Below the pieces are notes generated by a model. That model was not told the DNA's origin and did no database searches. It saw only the letters and a list, made by a program, of their open reading frames with translations. A DNA stretch of 63,248 bases, counting the filler, from Neolecta irregularis DAH-3 (taxonomy: Eukaryota): the NCBI GenBank assembly GCA_001929475.1. It is 7 parts of 7 records of this genome, joined end to end, with 100 filler letters (N's around TTAATTAATTAA, not from the genome) between each part and the next. Parts side by side here need not be neighbours in the genome. Positions count along the whole stretch, not along the records: positions 1 to 30,911 come from LXFE01004103.1; positions 31,012 to 32,957 come from LXFE01000556.1; positions 33,058 to 36,276 come from LXFE01004111.1; positions 36,377 to 43,034 come from LXFE01000557.1; 3 more parts are not named here. One strand, given 5' to 3'. Below, piece by piece: positions 27,126-42,659 of this stretch (its first letter is position 1; the number at the start of each line of letters is the position of its first letter). The translations under genes and the position numbers were made by a program.

Positions 27126-28515
27126 ATGGCATCCGAACAACCTACAAAAGAATACGCTCATCTTCTTTTCGATAAACTCCGCGATAGTCATTGCTTCGAC
27201 TGTAATGCTCGCTCTCCGACTTGGAGCAGCGTTCCGTTTGGCGTGTACCTATGTCTCGACTGTTCATCGGTTCATCGGAATCTTGGTGTCCATGTGTCTT
27301 TCGTTCGGTAAGGATACTTGCGACCTTCTCTCTGACCACAAAGATCTACGGTTCTGGATACATGGACTTGGGAACAATTGCGTTTAATGAAGGTTGGAGG
27401 GAATAAGTCCGCCCAGGAATTTTACACAAAACATGGGGGTGGCTCCGCCTTACGTGCAGATGCGAATAATAAATATACGGGCCGAGCAGCTCTCCTTTAC
27501 AAAGATGAATTGAAAAGAAGAGCTGCCGAAGATGCGAGGCTGTATGGTATCGCAAATCGCCATATGACCTGACACTTTCAGAAACCTGACCGTAGAGATC
27601 GGAAAGGAACCAGAGACCCAAGCCAAAGGCGAAGATGATTTCTTCTCAAGTTGGGATAAACCAATGATCACGAAATCCACCCCTCCACCATCTCGGACTG
27701 CAACACCCCCTGTTATCGGCACAATCCAGAGCCCCGCGGATGTAAGTACTGCACCTCGCACCACCACTTCTTCTGCTATTCGATCGACAAAATCTCACCC
27801 AAAAAAAACTGCAACAACGAAGAAGCCAAAAATTCAAGTTAAGAGGATCAATGAAGGCATCGACTTTGAGGCTGCCGAAAGGAGTGCTCGAGAAGAAGCG
27901 GAACGAGTTGCGAAGCTGGGCTATGACGAAGCTGAGGAAGCTAAAGCTGCTGGAGAAATTAATCATAGCACTTCTTCTTCCACTATGAAACCAAAACCCT
28001 CCGCATCTGTCAAAGAAACCACTCAAAGTTTAGCCAAGCTCGGGTTTGGTCAAGTCGCTGGTCCAACTCCTGCTCAAAAGCCAGCCTCAACTGTGCCGAG
28101 AAAGATGGGATTTGCTTCGATAGGAGTTTCTTCAACCCCTACCAGTGCAGGTATTCAGTCCCAAAAAATGATAGCTGATATTATTACAGATGACGCATAT
28201 GCCCGAGAAAAATTTGGGAATCAGAGGGGCATCTCCTCTGATCAATATTTTGGGCGCGGAACTTACGATGAAGATGCCGCTAAAGAAGCCAAAACCCGTC
28301 TTCAAGAATTTGGGGGAGCAACTGCTATCAGCTCCGCCTCCTACTTTGGTCACGAAGAACCGGAAGCTGAGCATGGCGATGACTTGGAAGGCACTGCGCG
28401 GGAATTGGCTAGACGCATCATCGGTACCAGTGTTGAGGATTTAAGCCAATTGAAGGATTTGGCAAGTGCTGCGTCCGGAAAGTTGCAGGAATACATCGCG
28501 AAGTATAATGTCTAA
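27126..28515 (+). CDS. GLO3: ADP-ribosylation factor GTPase-activating protein (ArfGAP2/3)
   Basis: [32 protein letters not shown]; Glo3 motifs GISSDQYFG and AISSASYFG. Confidence 0.94.
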
Positions 28516-28676
28516 AAGTTGCTTTGGCGGAACGTTTTTATTTCAAAGTAGGTTAGAGATTCCGGTATTTCTTGTAAACTGCTTTTTCTACAGGCATTCC
28601 ATGTTTTATGGGGTCTGCCATATCTTCAGATACTGGAAGGTTCTGCGTGATCCGATTTCTGTGATGAAGTTCTCTA

Positions 28677-28979
28677 CTACGAAGCATTTTCCGACGATGG
28701 GGTCCCCATATTCCACATCTCCCGTATTCCTTTAACACAACTCATGCACAAATGATTTGCCATCTTCAACCTTCCGCAAACAGGGCATTTATTCAAAGCT
28801 AAGTTGTCCGTCAAACCCTTTGTAGCTTGCCGCATTCGTTTCTTGGAGTGCGATGTCCGTTTTTTCGGTACCGCTCTCAGAATGTAATCAAGAAGAGGTA
28901 TCGATGATGGAAATGTAATCCTTAAATGTGGGATGAGCAGTGATAGTTGTAGAAAAGCGGATGTTTGAAATGCGAGCAT
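28677..28979 (-). CDS. MRPL32: Mitochondrial ribosomal protein bL32m
   Basis: AVPKKRTSHSKKRMR..CPVCGRLKMANHLCMSC. Confidence 0.92.
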   Translation of the reverse strand: MLAFQTSAFLQLSLLIPHLRITFPSSIPLLDYILRAVPKKRTSHSKKRMRQATKGLTDNLALNKCPVCGRLKMANHLCMSCVKGIREMWNMGTPSSENAS

Positions 28980-30125
28980 GCTACTATTTTTGTGTAGGAA
29001 AGAAATTAGCTGACCCTCTAGAAGTATTCCAGGCTGATCGTAAAACACCACCATAGTGCTTCTTATACATGATCCTGGTTCTTTTTGGTTCCGTTTGTAG
29101 AAATATGTTCAAATGGAATATCTTTGTATAATGTGTCCTAGTTTCAGACGACCTAGAGAATTTCCATGTCATGATCAACTGCACCCTTTCAACAAATGGA
29201 TACAAAATGAATCTGTCTGCTTTCCGCTTAGCTATGCCTGCAGTAAATTTAAGGTCACGTTGGCTTGCGTGGCATGGGCAAGGTATGCACATCCAAAAAC
29301 CACACATTCTTTTCTAGGGTCCTCTGTTATGATTCTAATTTCCAGGGTTTCTTAAAATTTTACACCCTTATATTCCCTCAATGGTCTTAACTGTTTTCGG
29401 TTGAAGGTAGTATAAAATATCAACCTGACTCCCTTGGCTTTGCCAAGGCAAGCTTTCGGAAAATGCACAAGGATATCTTGTCATGGCACTATATTAACAC
29501 AATGCCTTCATCATTCCGGCGATGTTGCCTATCTTAGAGATATTTCAAAGGTGAAGCAGGTTCCCATTATTTATCAAGATGAAGTTCTTTTCTGGACATT
29601 GTATCTCCTATCAAAATATCAACATATTATCATCGAGTTCTGATGAATTCACAAAAACTGGAAGTTGTTCCAGGGCCGAAATTTTGATAATGTTATCGAG
29701 ACTGTCATGATAAATCACGGGCTGTCTTTTTCATTGACGTTGTTTAAAGGATCCTGATTTGCCTGCAAACCATTACCAATGATTGGCACTTTTTTCGGCC
29801 AATCTTCCCGCGTTTTTCTCATCTCCAAATTTTTCTTCTGATTATTAATATTTCGAGTGCAATAGTATCATCTACATCTCGGTTATACAAATTAACGGCA
29901 ACTCCCGCAAGCGCATGAATATCGCATCCCTGGCCACTGCCAAAAGCCACGTCAAGAAACAGATATAAATATCGAGATCAAACATTATAAATGCAACATT
30001 TTGATCTTTGACGTTATTGTTCAAGTACCATGATTTGCGATTGTCTTGAGAATATTCGTTCTCCAGATTATTCTCTCTACGCTCCGCGGTATTCTCTCTC
30101 ACTTTGCATCATAATTGAGATGTGA

Positions 30126-30850
30126 AGTCAAGAGCCTCCAGCCGGCACGCTGCTCTCTCAAGAGGAGTCACCAATTCTCTTTCATCCCATAAAAATCAGA
30201 TCTCTTAACATTCATAATCGAATCTTAGTTAGTCCAATGTGTCAATACTCAGCCGAAAATGGCCATATGACAGATTGGCATCTTGTCCAGTGAATTTACG
30301 CGATTGTGCACTTGGTCTGATGAGAATAGTTATGGGTCCTTTGCAATCCAAGGACCAGGTCTCACAATGCTCGAATGTACCAGTGTCACTGCCGCAGGAA
30401 GAACAAATGTTGGAGATTCTGGTCTTTGGGTAGACAGTCAAATTGCGCCATTGAAGCGCATTGCAGATTTCTTTCACAGTCAGAACCAGAAACTTGGAAT
30501 ACAGTTGTCTCATGCCGGAAGGAAATCTTCCTGTCTGGGTACTTCGACCGTTCGCCTTTGAGCTTATATCACGAGCTCCTTGGATGAAACTGCTTACTAG
30601 CGCTCCTGTTGAGGCTGGTGGCTGGCCTGATCAGGTCATTGGACCTTCGAACGAGCCATGGAACGAAGATATGGCCGTTCCGCGTGAAATGACGATTCAA
30701 GACATCCAGGAAACAACTGAAGCATTTGCAAGAGCCGCTAAGAGAGCTATCCAAGCAAGTATGTAATTCGACCACTCACTTGTGAATGTTGACCTTCAAG
30801 ATGTTAATTGCATTGAGATTCAAGGCGCTCACGGTCATCTACTTATGTGA
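30126..30850 (+). CDS. NADH:flavin oxidoreductase (old yellow enzyme, YqjM-like); partial, cut by gap, start unresolved, possibly a pseudogene
   Basis: NRILVSPMCQYSA, DWHLVH, GIQLSHAGRK, GGWPDQVIGPS, IEIQGAHGHLL; in-frame TGA just upstream of the conserved region. Confidence 0.8.
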
Positions 30851-31011
30851 GTACTTGACCGGTTTGGTCTACACTCCGCTGAGTCTTAAGGTCGTAGAAT
30901 GGGGAATGGTTNNNNNNNNNNNNNNNNNNNNNNNNNNNNNNNNNNNNNNNNNNNNTTAATTAATTAANNNNNNNNNNNNNNNNNNNNNNNNNNNNNNNNN
31001 NNNNNNNNNNN

Positions 31012-32050
31012 CCATAAGAGAGTTTTTACCTTCAACAAGACAAAGGCTCTCACAAACGTATGTAAAATTTAGTAATAAATTATTTATGGAGTAATCAGAT
31101 ATGTATTATATGTCTCACCTGCAGTGTTGGCAACAATATGAAAATCCGACGTCATTTTTTGCATTTTATGATATACTATAATATTTTTTCATATTGTAAC
31201 CTTATGTTAGAAACAATATAAACTATGTGTGTTTGGTAGTATAAAAATATTGTAATATTATCACACAATCAAAAAGTTTATCTTATATGATGTGACAAAA
31301 ATTAAATAGTTACATTATTATGCAAAGGGACTATATATCATATTACATAATATATTATATATAATATATCTTTTTATATTGTTGCCAACACTGCTCACCT
31401 GAAAAAATGACCATTCTCAAGTGTACCTAAATACAAAATTAAACTAGTAGATGAGTTAGTAAAGATTAATAGTCGACTATTACATATTCTGACAAGATAT
31501 TGGCTATACATACAGTAATTTCTTATAGAACATTATCGAGCAGGATATCTACAACCATCTTCAAGTTACTTATTGTCAGGAGTCTTTATGGTCAGAAAGA
31601 AAGACCAGGAAGCAGTAACACAGGTAGTAACGGACTATTGGAAGTTGAATATGAATAATGTAAAAGATCATATACCTCTACCTCACCAGGAAGAGATCAT
31701 CGAAATGGTTGTAAAGGAGAAAATACTGGGGAAACTAAACTTAGACAATGCTTATTACTAGTTACTGGTAGATGAGAAAGATATACCTAAGTTGGCTATT
31801 AAGACTATGTTTGGTATCTTTGAGTTCACAGTTATACCCCAAGGCCTTTGCAATTCTCCCTCCTCTTTCCAATGTTTTATGAACCATTTGCTAAGGGAAT
31901 ACCTTGGTTGATATTGTGCAGTTTACCTAGATGATATTATAATCTGGTAGAATTCTGTAGAGGAGTACCTCTTGAACCTCCAATCAATCCTGGATATCCT
32001 ATAAGCAAATGGTATAATAGCCTCAACAAAGAAGTCAATCCTTATGTACT
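31012..32050 (+). mobile_element. Degenerate Ty3/gypsy LTR-retrotransposon reverse transcriptase remnant
   Basis: DYWKLN..KLNLDNAYY*..KTMFGIFEF..PQGLCNSPSSFQ..VYLDDIII with several stop codons. Confidence 0.9.
31122..31393. mobile_element. hAT-type MITE (272 bp) nested in the gypsy remnant
   Basis: Perfect 18-bp TIR cagtgttggcaacaatat; perfect 8-bp target duplication ctcacctg at 31114-31121 and 31394-31401. Confidence 0.95.
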
Positions 32051-32957
32051 ATGTAATGATAGTAGTAAATTTTATATAATACTTTAGACTGTAAGATACC
32101 AGGTATATCTGTGCTTATATTATATATAGTTATTTCTAAGGGAAGCTAGTAGTAGCTTAGTTATGCTTGGCTACATTGGTATTAGTATTTTAAACAGTAC
32201 TAGTAAGTAAAAACTAAGAGTTGGTCAGTAGTTCTATTTATCTGTAGTAACTTATTTACCACTCTAAGCTATTTATTCTAGTATAATATGATTATATAGT
32301 TTATATTGTTGAACCACTAACAATGAACTAGTCTATAATTTTAAGTATAAAACAAAGGAATATTTAAGCACATAAGTGTTATATTGTTACTATATAATAT
32401 TATAAGGAGTTCATTAAGAGACTTAGTAGATTATATAATATAGTTAACCCTAATCTTATTACTTATTCTTAGTTTATATTTATTGATATATTAGATTATA
32501 TAGTATAATCTTTTACTTAGTTATAAGATTGTTTACTGAGAAAAGTAGAGTAATATAGATCTAGTATAGAGTGAATGTAGGTATAAGGTAGATATTTGTT
32601 ATTGCTAACTCAATAATAATAGTACATACAGAGTATAAAGATATAAACTATAATTAAAGATAGAATATTAAGATTGTATAAAAGTAGTATTTCAAAATAT
32701 ATTTTGTATGTATGATTATAATTATATCAGAAGATATAAGGAGATAATATTAAGTATGTTAATAGTATTAAAAGTATATATTAAAGAAAGTTAGTTAATT
32801 AAGATATATTATATGATGTTATACAAATATAATATATTGTTCTATAAGATTACTCTTAATAGTAATATTTAGGATAAAGTAAAGGAAATATAGTAAGTGG
32901 ATAGGAGTAATATTCTTACAGTTATAGTTATTTGAGATTAAATTTTAATACTTATTT
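32050..32957. repeat. Extremely AT-rich, TpA-rich decayed repeat block
   Basis: Composition by eye; no ORF; abuts gap. Confidence 0.6.
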
Positions 32958-33057
32958 NNNNNNNNNNNNNNNNNNNNNNNNNNNNNNNNNNNNNNNNNNN
33001 NTTAATTAATTAANNNNNNNNNNNNNNNNNNNNNNNNNNNNNNNNNNNNNNNNNNNN

Positions 33058-33122
33058 TTACTTGCTTATAAACAAGTAAGCAAGCAAGTCTGACTTGAAC
33101 GACTTACTTGTTAGCAAGTCTG
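33058..33122. mobile_element. Terminus of a hAT-like DNA transposon (CAGACTTGCTA family)
   Basis: Ends ttacttgttagcaagtctg with caagt/acttg subterminal repeats; same family as 59299-59795. Confidence 0.65.
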
Positions 33123-33882
33123 TGCGTTAGTGTAGTGCTTTCTGGTAATGTACTACCATCTGCTACGGTCTGGCCCCGAATGGCCAGTGTTGTGTGTAGT
33201 AGTTTTATTGATAATATTCCAGTTAGAATACCACTGAAGGGATATATTCGCAATCCGGACTCTCATTCATATCAGTTTAGAGAACTCTATTTGAGTCATT
33301 TCATCCATTTGTTCCTAGCACATTCTTCTAGCTAAAGTCTTGAAAGCTGTCTGTTAGATCGACATAACTAATCCATGTCTTCCAAATAACTACCGCGACG
33401 GTCGTGGGAAATAAAGACCTCCTCCATTCAAGACATAGTGTTAATCTGCTAGACGATCATAATTGCACAATACTTGGTAGCACGCGAACTTGTTACAGTC
33501 AATCAGAGTAAAAGTAACTACTTATATTAAATATCTGGTTAAAGTCTAGTCTGCTAGTCAGGCTAGATGCTACTTATATCAGAAATAAGTATGTGCACAC
33601 TACCCTCATTCCGTCCCTCCACTTACGTGCTACAATGCCTGTGATAGCCCATAATGGGTCTAGCAGTGACGCTTGCTGCTCTGCGTCATAATCCCTTCGG
33701 TTACACCGAACGGTTTGGTGGTGGTGGTGGCGTGTCGATGGTTCTCGTTGCTCGAGCCACAATACCTAAATAATATATATTACTAGAGGNNNNNNNNNNG
33801 TGGTGGCGTGTCGATGGTTCTCGTTGCTCGAGCCACAATACCTAAATAATATATATTACTAGAGGAACGTAAACTTCACGCC

Positions 33883-34030
33883 TGAAGTTACAGATAAGAC
33901 CAGGTTATATACTAGCCTAAATGTTGTAGGGCCATACCAAGCCTAAGTGTTGTAGCTTAGGTTAGATATTACTATGTACTCTGCCTTTATACCCGCCTCT
34001 AGTGGCCGATTGGTAAGGTCTATCCTTACA
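33883..34030 (-). mobile_element. LTR fragment (family shared with 50514 and 58931)
   Basis: Minus strand begins TGTAAGG; shares tacaacacttaggct and ttaggctagta with the 58931 copy; left boundary approximate. Confidence 0.6.
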
Positions 34031-34328
34031 CCAAAATACGTACATGGCTGTACGCCTACAGATGGGCCCATCTAATAGAATCAAACGCCATCATAGTCAT
34101 TTACGTTAAAGCTAGTTCAAACTACGAGCCAAAGCACCCATGAGAATTAGGTATATCGGTGTTAACGGACCCGCCGGAAAATCGGTGTTAACGGACCTGC
34201 CCTAGAAAATACTACATTTTATCGCAAAACCAATCATAATCCAAGTAGCAGAGAGTACTTTTCATCTCTAGCGGATGAAAATTTTCCAATATCAAACATA
34301 AATGCAATCCAGTGCCATCTCCAACAAT

Positions 34329-36169
34329 ATGGATCTCCCTTCAGCCTTCCTTACTTTCGTGGTTCTTCCAGTATTTCTCATTGTTTTATGTCTGCTAAGT
34401 ACATTCCAAGATCTTTGGTTGGATTGTATATCAGCTGTACTTTTGTCCACTATCAAAATTTCCAGGACCTTTTTGGGCCAAGATCAATCCATTGTGGCAC
34501 ACGTACCAATTTACAACGGGTCAAAGGCATAAATATTTCCTTAAACTTCATCAACAATATGGTTCAACTTTCGATATTCTTTTGATGAGCTAATACATTC
34601 TTAGGTGATTTAGTAAGGGTCGGAGTGAGTGATATATCCGTTTGCAATATCTCAGGAATAAAAGGTAACTCGACTCCTATTCTTCATTGGCATGTTTATG
34701 CTACCCGGATAGATTTGTATGATCACGGAGTAAGCCTAATTCGACCGCTTGGCTACAACAATTTTCGATGTGATAAGCGTTATTCTAGTGTAAGTAACGA
34801 GCAAAACAAGGAAGCTCATAAGCGACTTGCCCGAGGGTTGAGTGGTGCCTTTTCACCAAAATCACTCGAGGAAATGGAAATTTACATAAGAAAAAGCGTC
34901 CTCGCTTTTTGTGATGCGATCAAGGAATCAGGGGATAATGGAGAGAAAGCTCTGGTTAGATTTCTGACTATGCATTGACTAATAAAAGGATATGTCTATA
35001 TGGACTAGCTTTCTCGCATTTGATGTGCTCGGGGATTTATGCTTCTCTAAATCATATGGGATGCTGAACACAAGGGTTAAAAGCCCAGTTATCGACGCCG
35101 TCGAAGGTTTCACTATCATCACACTGGGGGTATGGCAATTCTAATCTCGAGTTAACCGAAGTTCATGTTTATACCGAGAATGTTGTTCCTTTCCAAATAT
35201 ATTTTACCCAAGTACTTAATTCAACAAAGACGACAGATGATTCAGGTATGGGTATGGTACAGATTGAATTCCTGAACCATTCAGGAAGCCTATGATCGCT
35301 TGATTGAAAGGTTGTCCATCACTGGTGGGCGAAAAGATATCTTTCACTATTTGGTCCAAAGTTTAGAGCCTGGTCTAGGTGAAGATGAAAGACAGGGTAA
35401 ACTTCAAACTGCTGTCCGTTCAATGATGTAAATCTATTTTATTCAATAACTGACACTCGTAGAACAGCAGGTACAGTAAATGTTTCTGGTAAATTCAATA
35501 CTCTTTATACTTGCCACCAACTATTTAGCAACGATTACAACGGCAATGTATTACCTATGTCAAAACTGCAGGGTATTTTCCAGACTTCGCCAAGAAATCA
35601 CTACGGAATACCAGACAAACCCGGATCTTGATTATCGTCGTCTTTCTGCATTGATCTACCTCAATGCGGTCATAGCAGAAACTCTTCGAATAGCCCCGCC
35701 GGTCTTGGCGGAGCTTGTAAAAGTAACCACTGAATCAGAAACCGTTATTGCGGGCCAAAGGTTTCCGATTGGCACAATGCTGGCGACATGTTCTTATGCA
35801 TTGACTCGAGATCCAAGATATTTCACGAATCCCAACGCTTTCATCCCGGAAAGATGGTTCGAGAATGGCTATGAGAAAGACCAGACCCTTGGTTTCGAAG
35901 CATCGTAAGATCCCGCATTTCCCATAAATAATACTGTAGCAAACCGTTTTCTATTGGGCCCAACAAATGTATTGGGCTTGGGTAAAATCCTAATTCTGTT
36001 TTCATTATCAAACTCTAGCATGGCTTACCTGGTCATTCGTCTCACGTTAGTTCATTGGGTTCTTATGTTTGACTCCGAGTTGGAAGATCCCTCGTGCGTC
36101 TTTGAACCAAAGGATTTTGGGTTTTCAAAGAACCCGCCAGTTCTGATCAAATCGTATCCAAGAGTATGA
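34329..36169 (+). CDS. Cytochrome P450 monooxygenase, many introns
   Basis: N-terminal TM then PLSKFPGP, YGDLVRVG, ExxR (AETLR), PERW, heme motif PFSIGPNKCIG. Confidence 0.9.
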
Positions 36170-36376
36170 TTTGCCATGCTACCAGAACTAGTCTTGTTGC
36201 TGTCAGCTATATCGAGATATCGAGAAAATCAATGCTTGATCCTAAATTTATATATACAAATGCTAAAAAGGATGTTNNNNNNNNNNNNNNNNNNNNNNNN
36301 NNNNNNNNNNNNNNNNNNNNTTAATTAATTAANNNNNNNNNNNNNNNNNNNNNNNNNNNNNNNNNNNNNNNNNNNN

Positions 36377-36485
36377 GCAACGATAGCAGTGCATTTATTC
36401 TGGCCTCGTAACGAGATAATTCGAACAGCTGATAGCTTTTATGTTATCTGGACACCTGCTTAGACGATTGACATCTCCCAAAATA
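36377..36485 (+). repeat. Left arm of 109-bp inverted repeat at contig end
   Basis: Reverse complement of 42926-43034 with 2 mismatches. Confidence 0.95.
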
Positions 36486-37784
36486 GATTCAGATATTTTG
36501 TATTTGGATATGATGAAAACATTAGTGACTGCCAGTATAAAAAACGACTTCTCAATTTGTTGCTCGAAAAAATACCAATTTTTAAAGATGAACAATTCTT
36601 GTAAAATTGAGAGTAAATCCTGTCCGAAAATAGAGGTCGCTAATATACGGCGATATCAACGGAACAAAAGGATTGAATTTTCTACAATTGACGGTTTAGC
36701 TACTCTCCCGTTTCCCCTCTTTAACCTCCTTCAATGCTTTCATAGTGCCTTGCAACGCGAATCTGTGGTTTCGCTTAAACTTCTCGTCAGTTTCGCCTCA
36801 AGTAAGTTAAACTTTTTGATCAACGCCTTTCAGGGATGGATATCTGTTTGACTTCGGCCTGAATATACCATTCCTATGGGCCTTGGCATTCTGGTTGTGA
36901 TTTGTGTGATTCTACGAGTAAGCGCAAACTGAGATGAAGCGTATGACCTTTGATTTGGCCATTGGAGGTGTGGTGGGTGGAAACTATTTGGAGATAAAGG
37001 TGTGTGACTGCTTCCGAAGCGGAGTTTGGAAAAAGACCTGCTTAAAACAAAGCGATGACACGGGCATCACTAACTGCTGTAGTAGGTACGTCTATTTCGC
37101 CATTTTTCTCTTTCCTTTTTTCCATGATGAACTATGTTGTCCATGCCTGACAGATACTACTGTGGAGGCTTATCATTTAAGTCGCTGATTTTTCATCACT
37201 TTTCCTCATCTTCCAAACTCTGCTGATTTCTTCTCATAGGAAAAAAATATAGGCTCATGAAAAAAAGTCCTTTCGTGTAATTTCTATTCCTACGGGAAAT
37301 TCACTGCTCTAAATCTGATCAAGTTTATTTGAATTTTACCATTTCCAAACTCTACCAGATACAAGGGTTGCTTAATACTACATACAAAATGATATCAACA
37401 TCAGCAAAAAACATTTGTCTATTTCAGATGTGACCTCAATCGTCGATTCTCGAAAGTTTTGAAATAGGAAGAGGAAATGAACATATCATCGAATACCTTG
37501 GGACATATTCTGGCTCCAAATCGTGAGTCTGACGGCCTGAATCTAATATTACCTCTACAAATGTTGATTTCCATTTCCGGATTCTTGACTGAATGAGTTG
37601 GTGAACAACTAATGAAATTTCGGCTGATAACTTAGCACAGTTTTGATTCTGATCATTTCCAACCTCAGCAATGCTAAGATTTTATCTGAGCTCGATATAA
37701 TAAATTGATGTCCTTCATTGACCAGATTATTTATAACCATAGTATTGTATGTACGGAATAGGTGCGAGACCGACATTAAAGGGT

Positions 37785-40607
<2,823 letters not shown>

Positions 40608-41262
40608 AGCCAGAGGACACGATTATGAAGTTGAGAATTCGAAGTCCGTCGATTGTCGAGCTGACCGTCATACCTATCAACTACCCATCGCGGAATCTCA
40701 AAAGCATTCGAAAGCATCATCACACCTGATATTAGATGCAGTGACATCTGTCAACATAAGCTCGTTCTATAATTCTATCCTTATCAATCATGGAACTTGC
40801 TCAATCCTTTGAAGGACCTCCCTAGGGTCATCTGCATTCCAAAGCCGAAGGAAATTTTCTACAAAGTTTTCCCTCACATACAGTAGTGATTACGTTAAGT
40901 AAGCAAAATAAATCCAGGTTATGAGCGTTGTCTACTCTATGGTCCATGACCAGAAGGTAAAAATTTGCACCTATCTTTTCACCACAAGTTCTGCCTCTGT
41001 AACTGACGTTTCTAATTCTAAAAATGTATTAAGATGAAGGCAATATTATATCAAGAATACAATGTCGTCTATAAAAATAACTAGAATACTTTTAGAAGAT
41101 CAATATCGAGTCCCGGGGCGGCAAACATTATCTTTTATTTCCCTTGCTCCAAAGTTGTATATACAATTGCTGCATTCAAACTATTTTATATCTATGACAC
41201 ATGTAGAAGTAGCTTCCAACACTCCCTGTGAATATAAAGAATATCAACACTGGAATAAATCT

Positions 41263-42659
41263 TTATGACTTCATATAAGCAACACAGATTTCTTGTTCGA
41301 CATAAAAAGCAATGATTTCCCCATTGGACACCCTTTCTTTGGCCATATCCAATAACTCGGAATTCTTTTCGATAATTTTGGTCGGTGTGGTGACAACAGT
41401 TTCAATAGAATCTTCTTCATCTGGCAATGCTTCGAAAGCAGTGCGGCTACTGCTCTGACAACTTCTTGAGAGCCTAACTGAGCGTGGCTGTTGTAGAACA
41501 GTCAAATACGAAGGAGTCGGTGATTCGGGGTATGTTGACTGTGGTGGAAATGTCAGTGTTGATGCGTAAGATTCCCTTTGTAATATTTTCTCACATGTTG
41601 AACTTGTAGAAAAAGTATTTTCCTTGGAAACAAGTCTATCATTAGCAACACAGAAGTAGCGCCTGTTCGTACGTTTTTCCTGTAATTGAGTCCGAGGTGC
41701 TCCTTCCAGACCTTTTCCATAATCTGTCAAGACCGATAAATGAGGTCCACATTGTGTAATAGCTTAGGGCATCCTTGCCTGTTCCAAAGAAGGTAAAGCA
41801 AATGAATCCGGCAAGGACAGGCACATAATATCCAAACGGTACCTTATAGTTCGTAGTTCCATATATTTTGTTCCATGCATCATTATGGATTTGTGACCAG
41901 GAGTAGGGAACACGGGGACCCCTCATGATATCGATAGAGTTTATTACTGAAAGCGGGATATAAACGAAAATGACGCAGATTGACAAAAGCAGAAGACGGG
42001 CGAACCGAGCTTGTGATATTCCAGTTCTAGAGCGGGTGAGTAGGCGGGCAAACGTAACTCTTCGTCGGACAATGTAAAATACAACGATAACTACACATTA
42101 TTTGTCTACCTTGGCATGAACATGGAATACCGGCATAAATCGCACAAATGAGTATCCAGAATGGTGGCCACATATTTTGAAGAACAACCGTTACCCAAGT
42201 CGGAGCATTGACGAATGCACACCCTAAAGTTCCATAGATCATGAATCGGAATGGTTGAACAATATAATGTGTACCCATAGCAAATAAAGACGGTCCAAAA
42301 CACATCATTGTGTCCACCCAAATTCGTCTAGAACGAGCTTCATAGGTTATAAATGACTCTTTCGGGGATAGAATGTCTGCGAGATATCGGAGCAGTGCTG
42401 CTGTTGACGATGGAATCCCAACTTCTGCGCCAATTATGAGTTTAGTTGTAATATCGCAAAGAATTGCTCCATCCCAGGAATTTGAGGTATCTCCATTCCA
42501 CCAGATGATTGAATTGATAAAATATACTAAATTGGAAATACCAATCCAGAATATCAGTCCAAGAATAGGGACGTTGAAGTTCTTAAAATGAAATATTGCT
42601 GGGACTGAGATGAAAAGAAGCGACAGGCCGCAGAGGGTTGTATAAACTGGCTGACCCAT
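41263..42659 (-). CDS. STE3: STE3/Map3-type lipopeptide pheromone receptor (7TM GPCR)
   Basis: INSIIW..WDGAILCDITTKLIIG, HYIVQPFRF..GC, ARFARL, PYSWSQIH..W, FTFFGTGKDA..Y; two introns. Confidence 0.95.

Noticed and set aside
30912-31011. TTAATTAATTAA palindrome between N runs (six occurrences)
   Set aside because: Artificial contig linker with stops in all frames; not biological
33724-33865. Exact ~66-bp direct repeat across a 10-N gap
   Set aside because: Typical unmerged contig overlap; assembly artefact
30126-36169. OYE plus P450 as a secondary-metabolite cluster
   Set aside because: Separated by gaps and transposon debris; no backbone synthase
36441-36851. 136-aa ORF starting within the left IR arm as a MAT transcription factor
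   Set aside because: No HMG, alpha-box or homeodomain motif; its ATG is absent from the other arm
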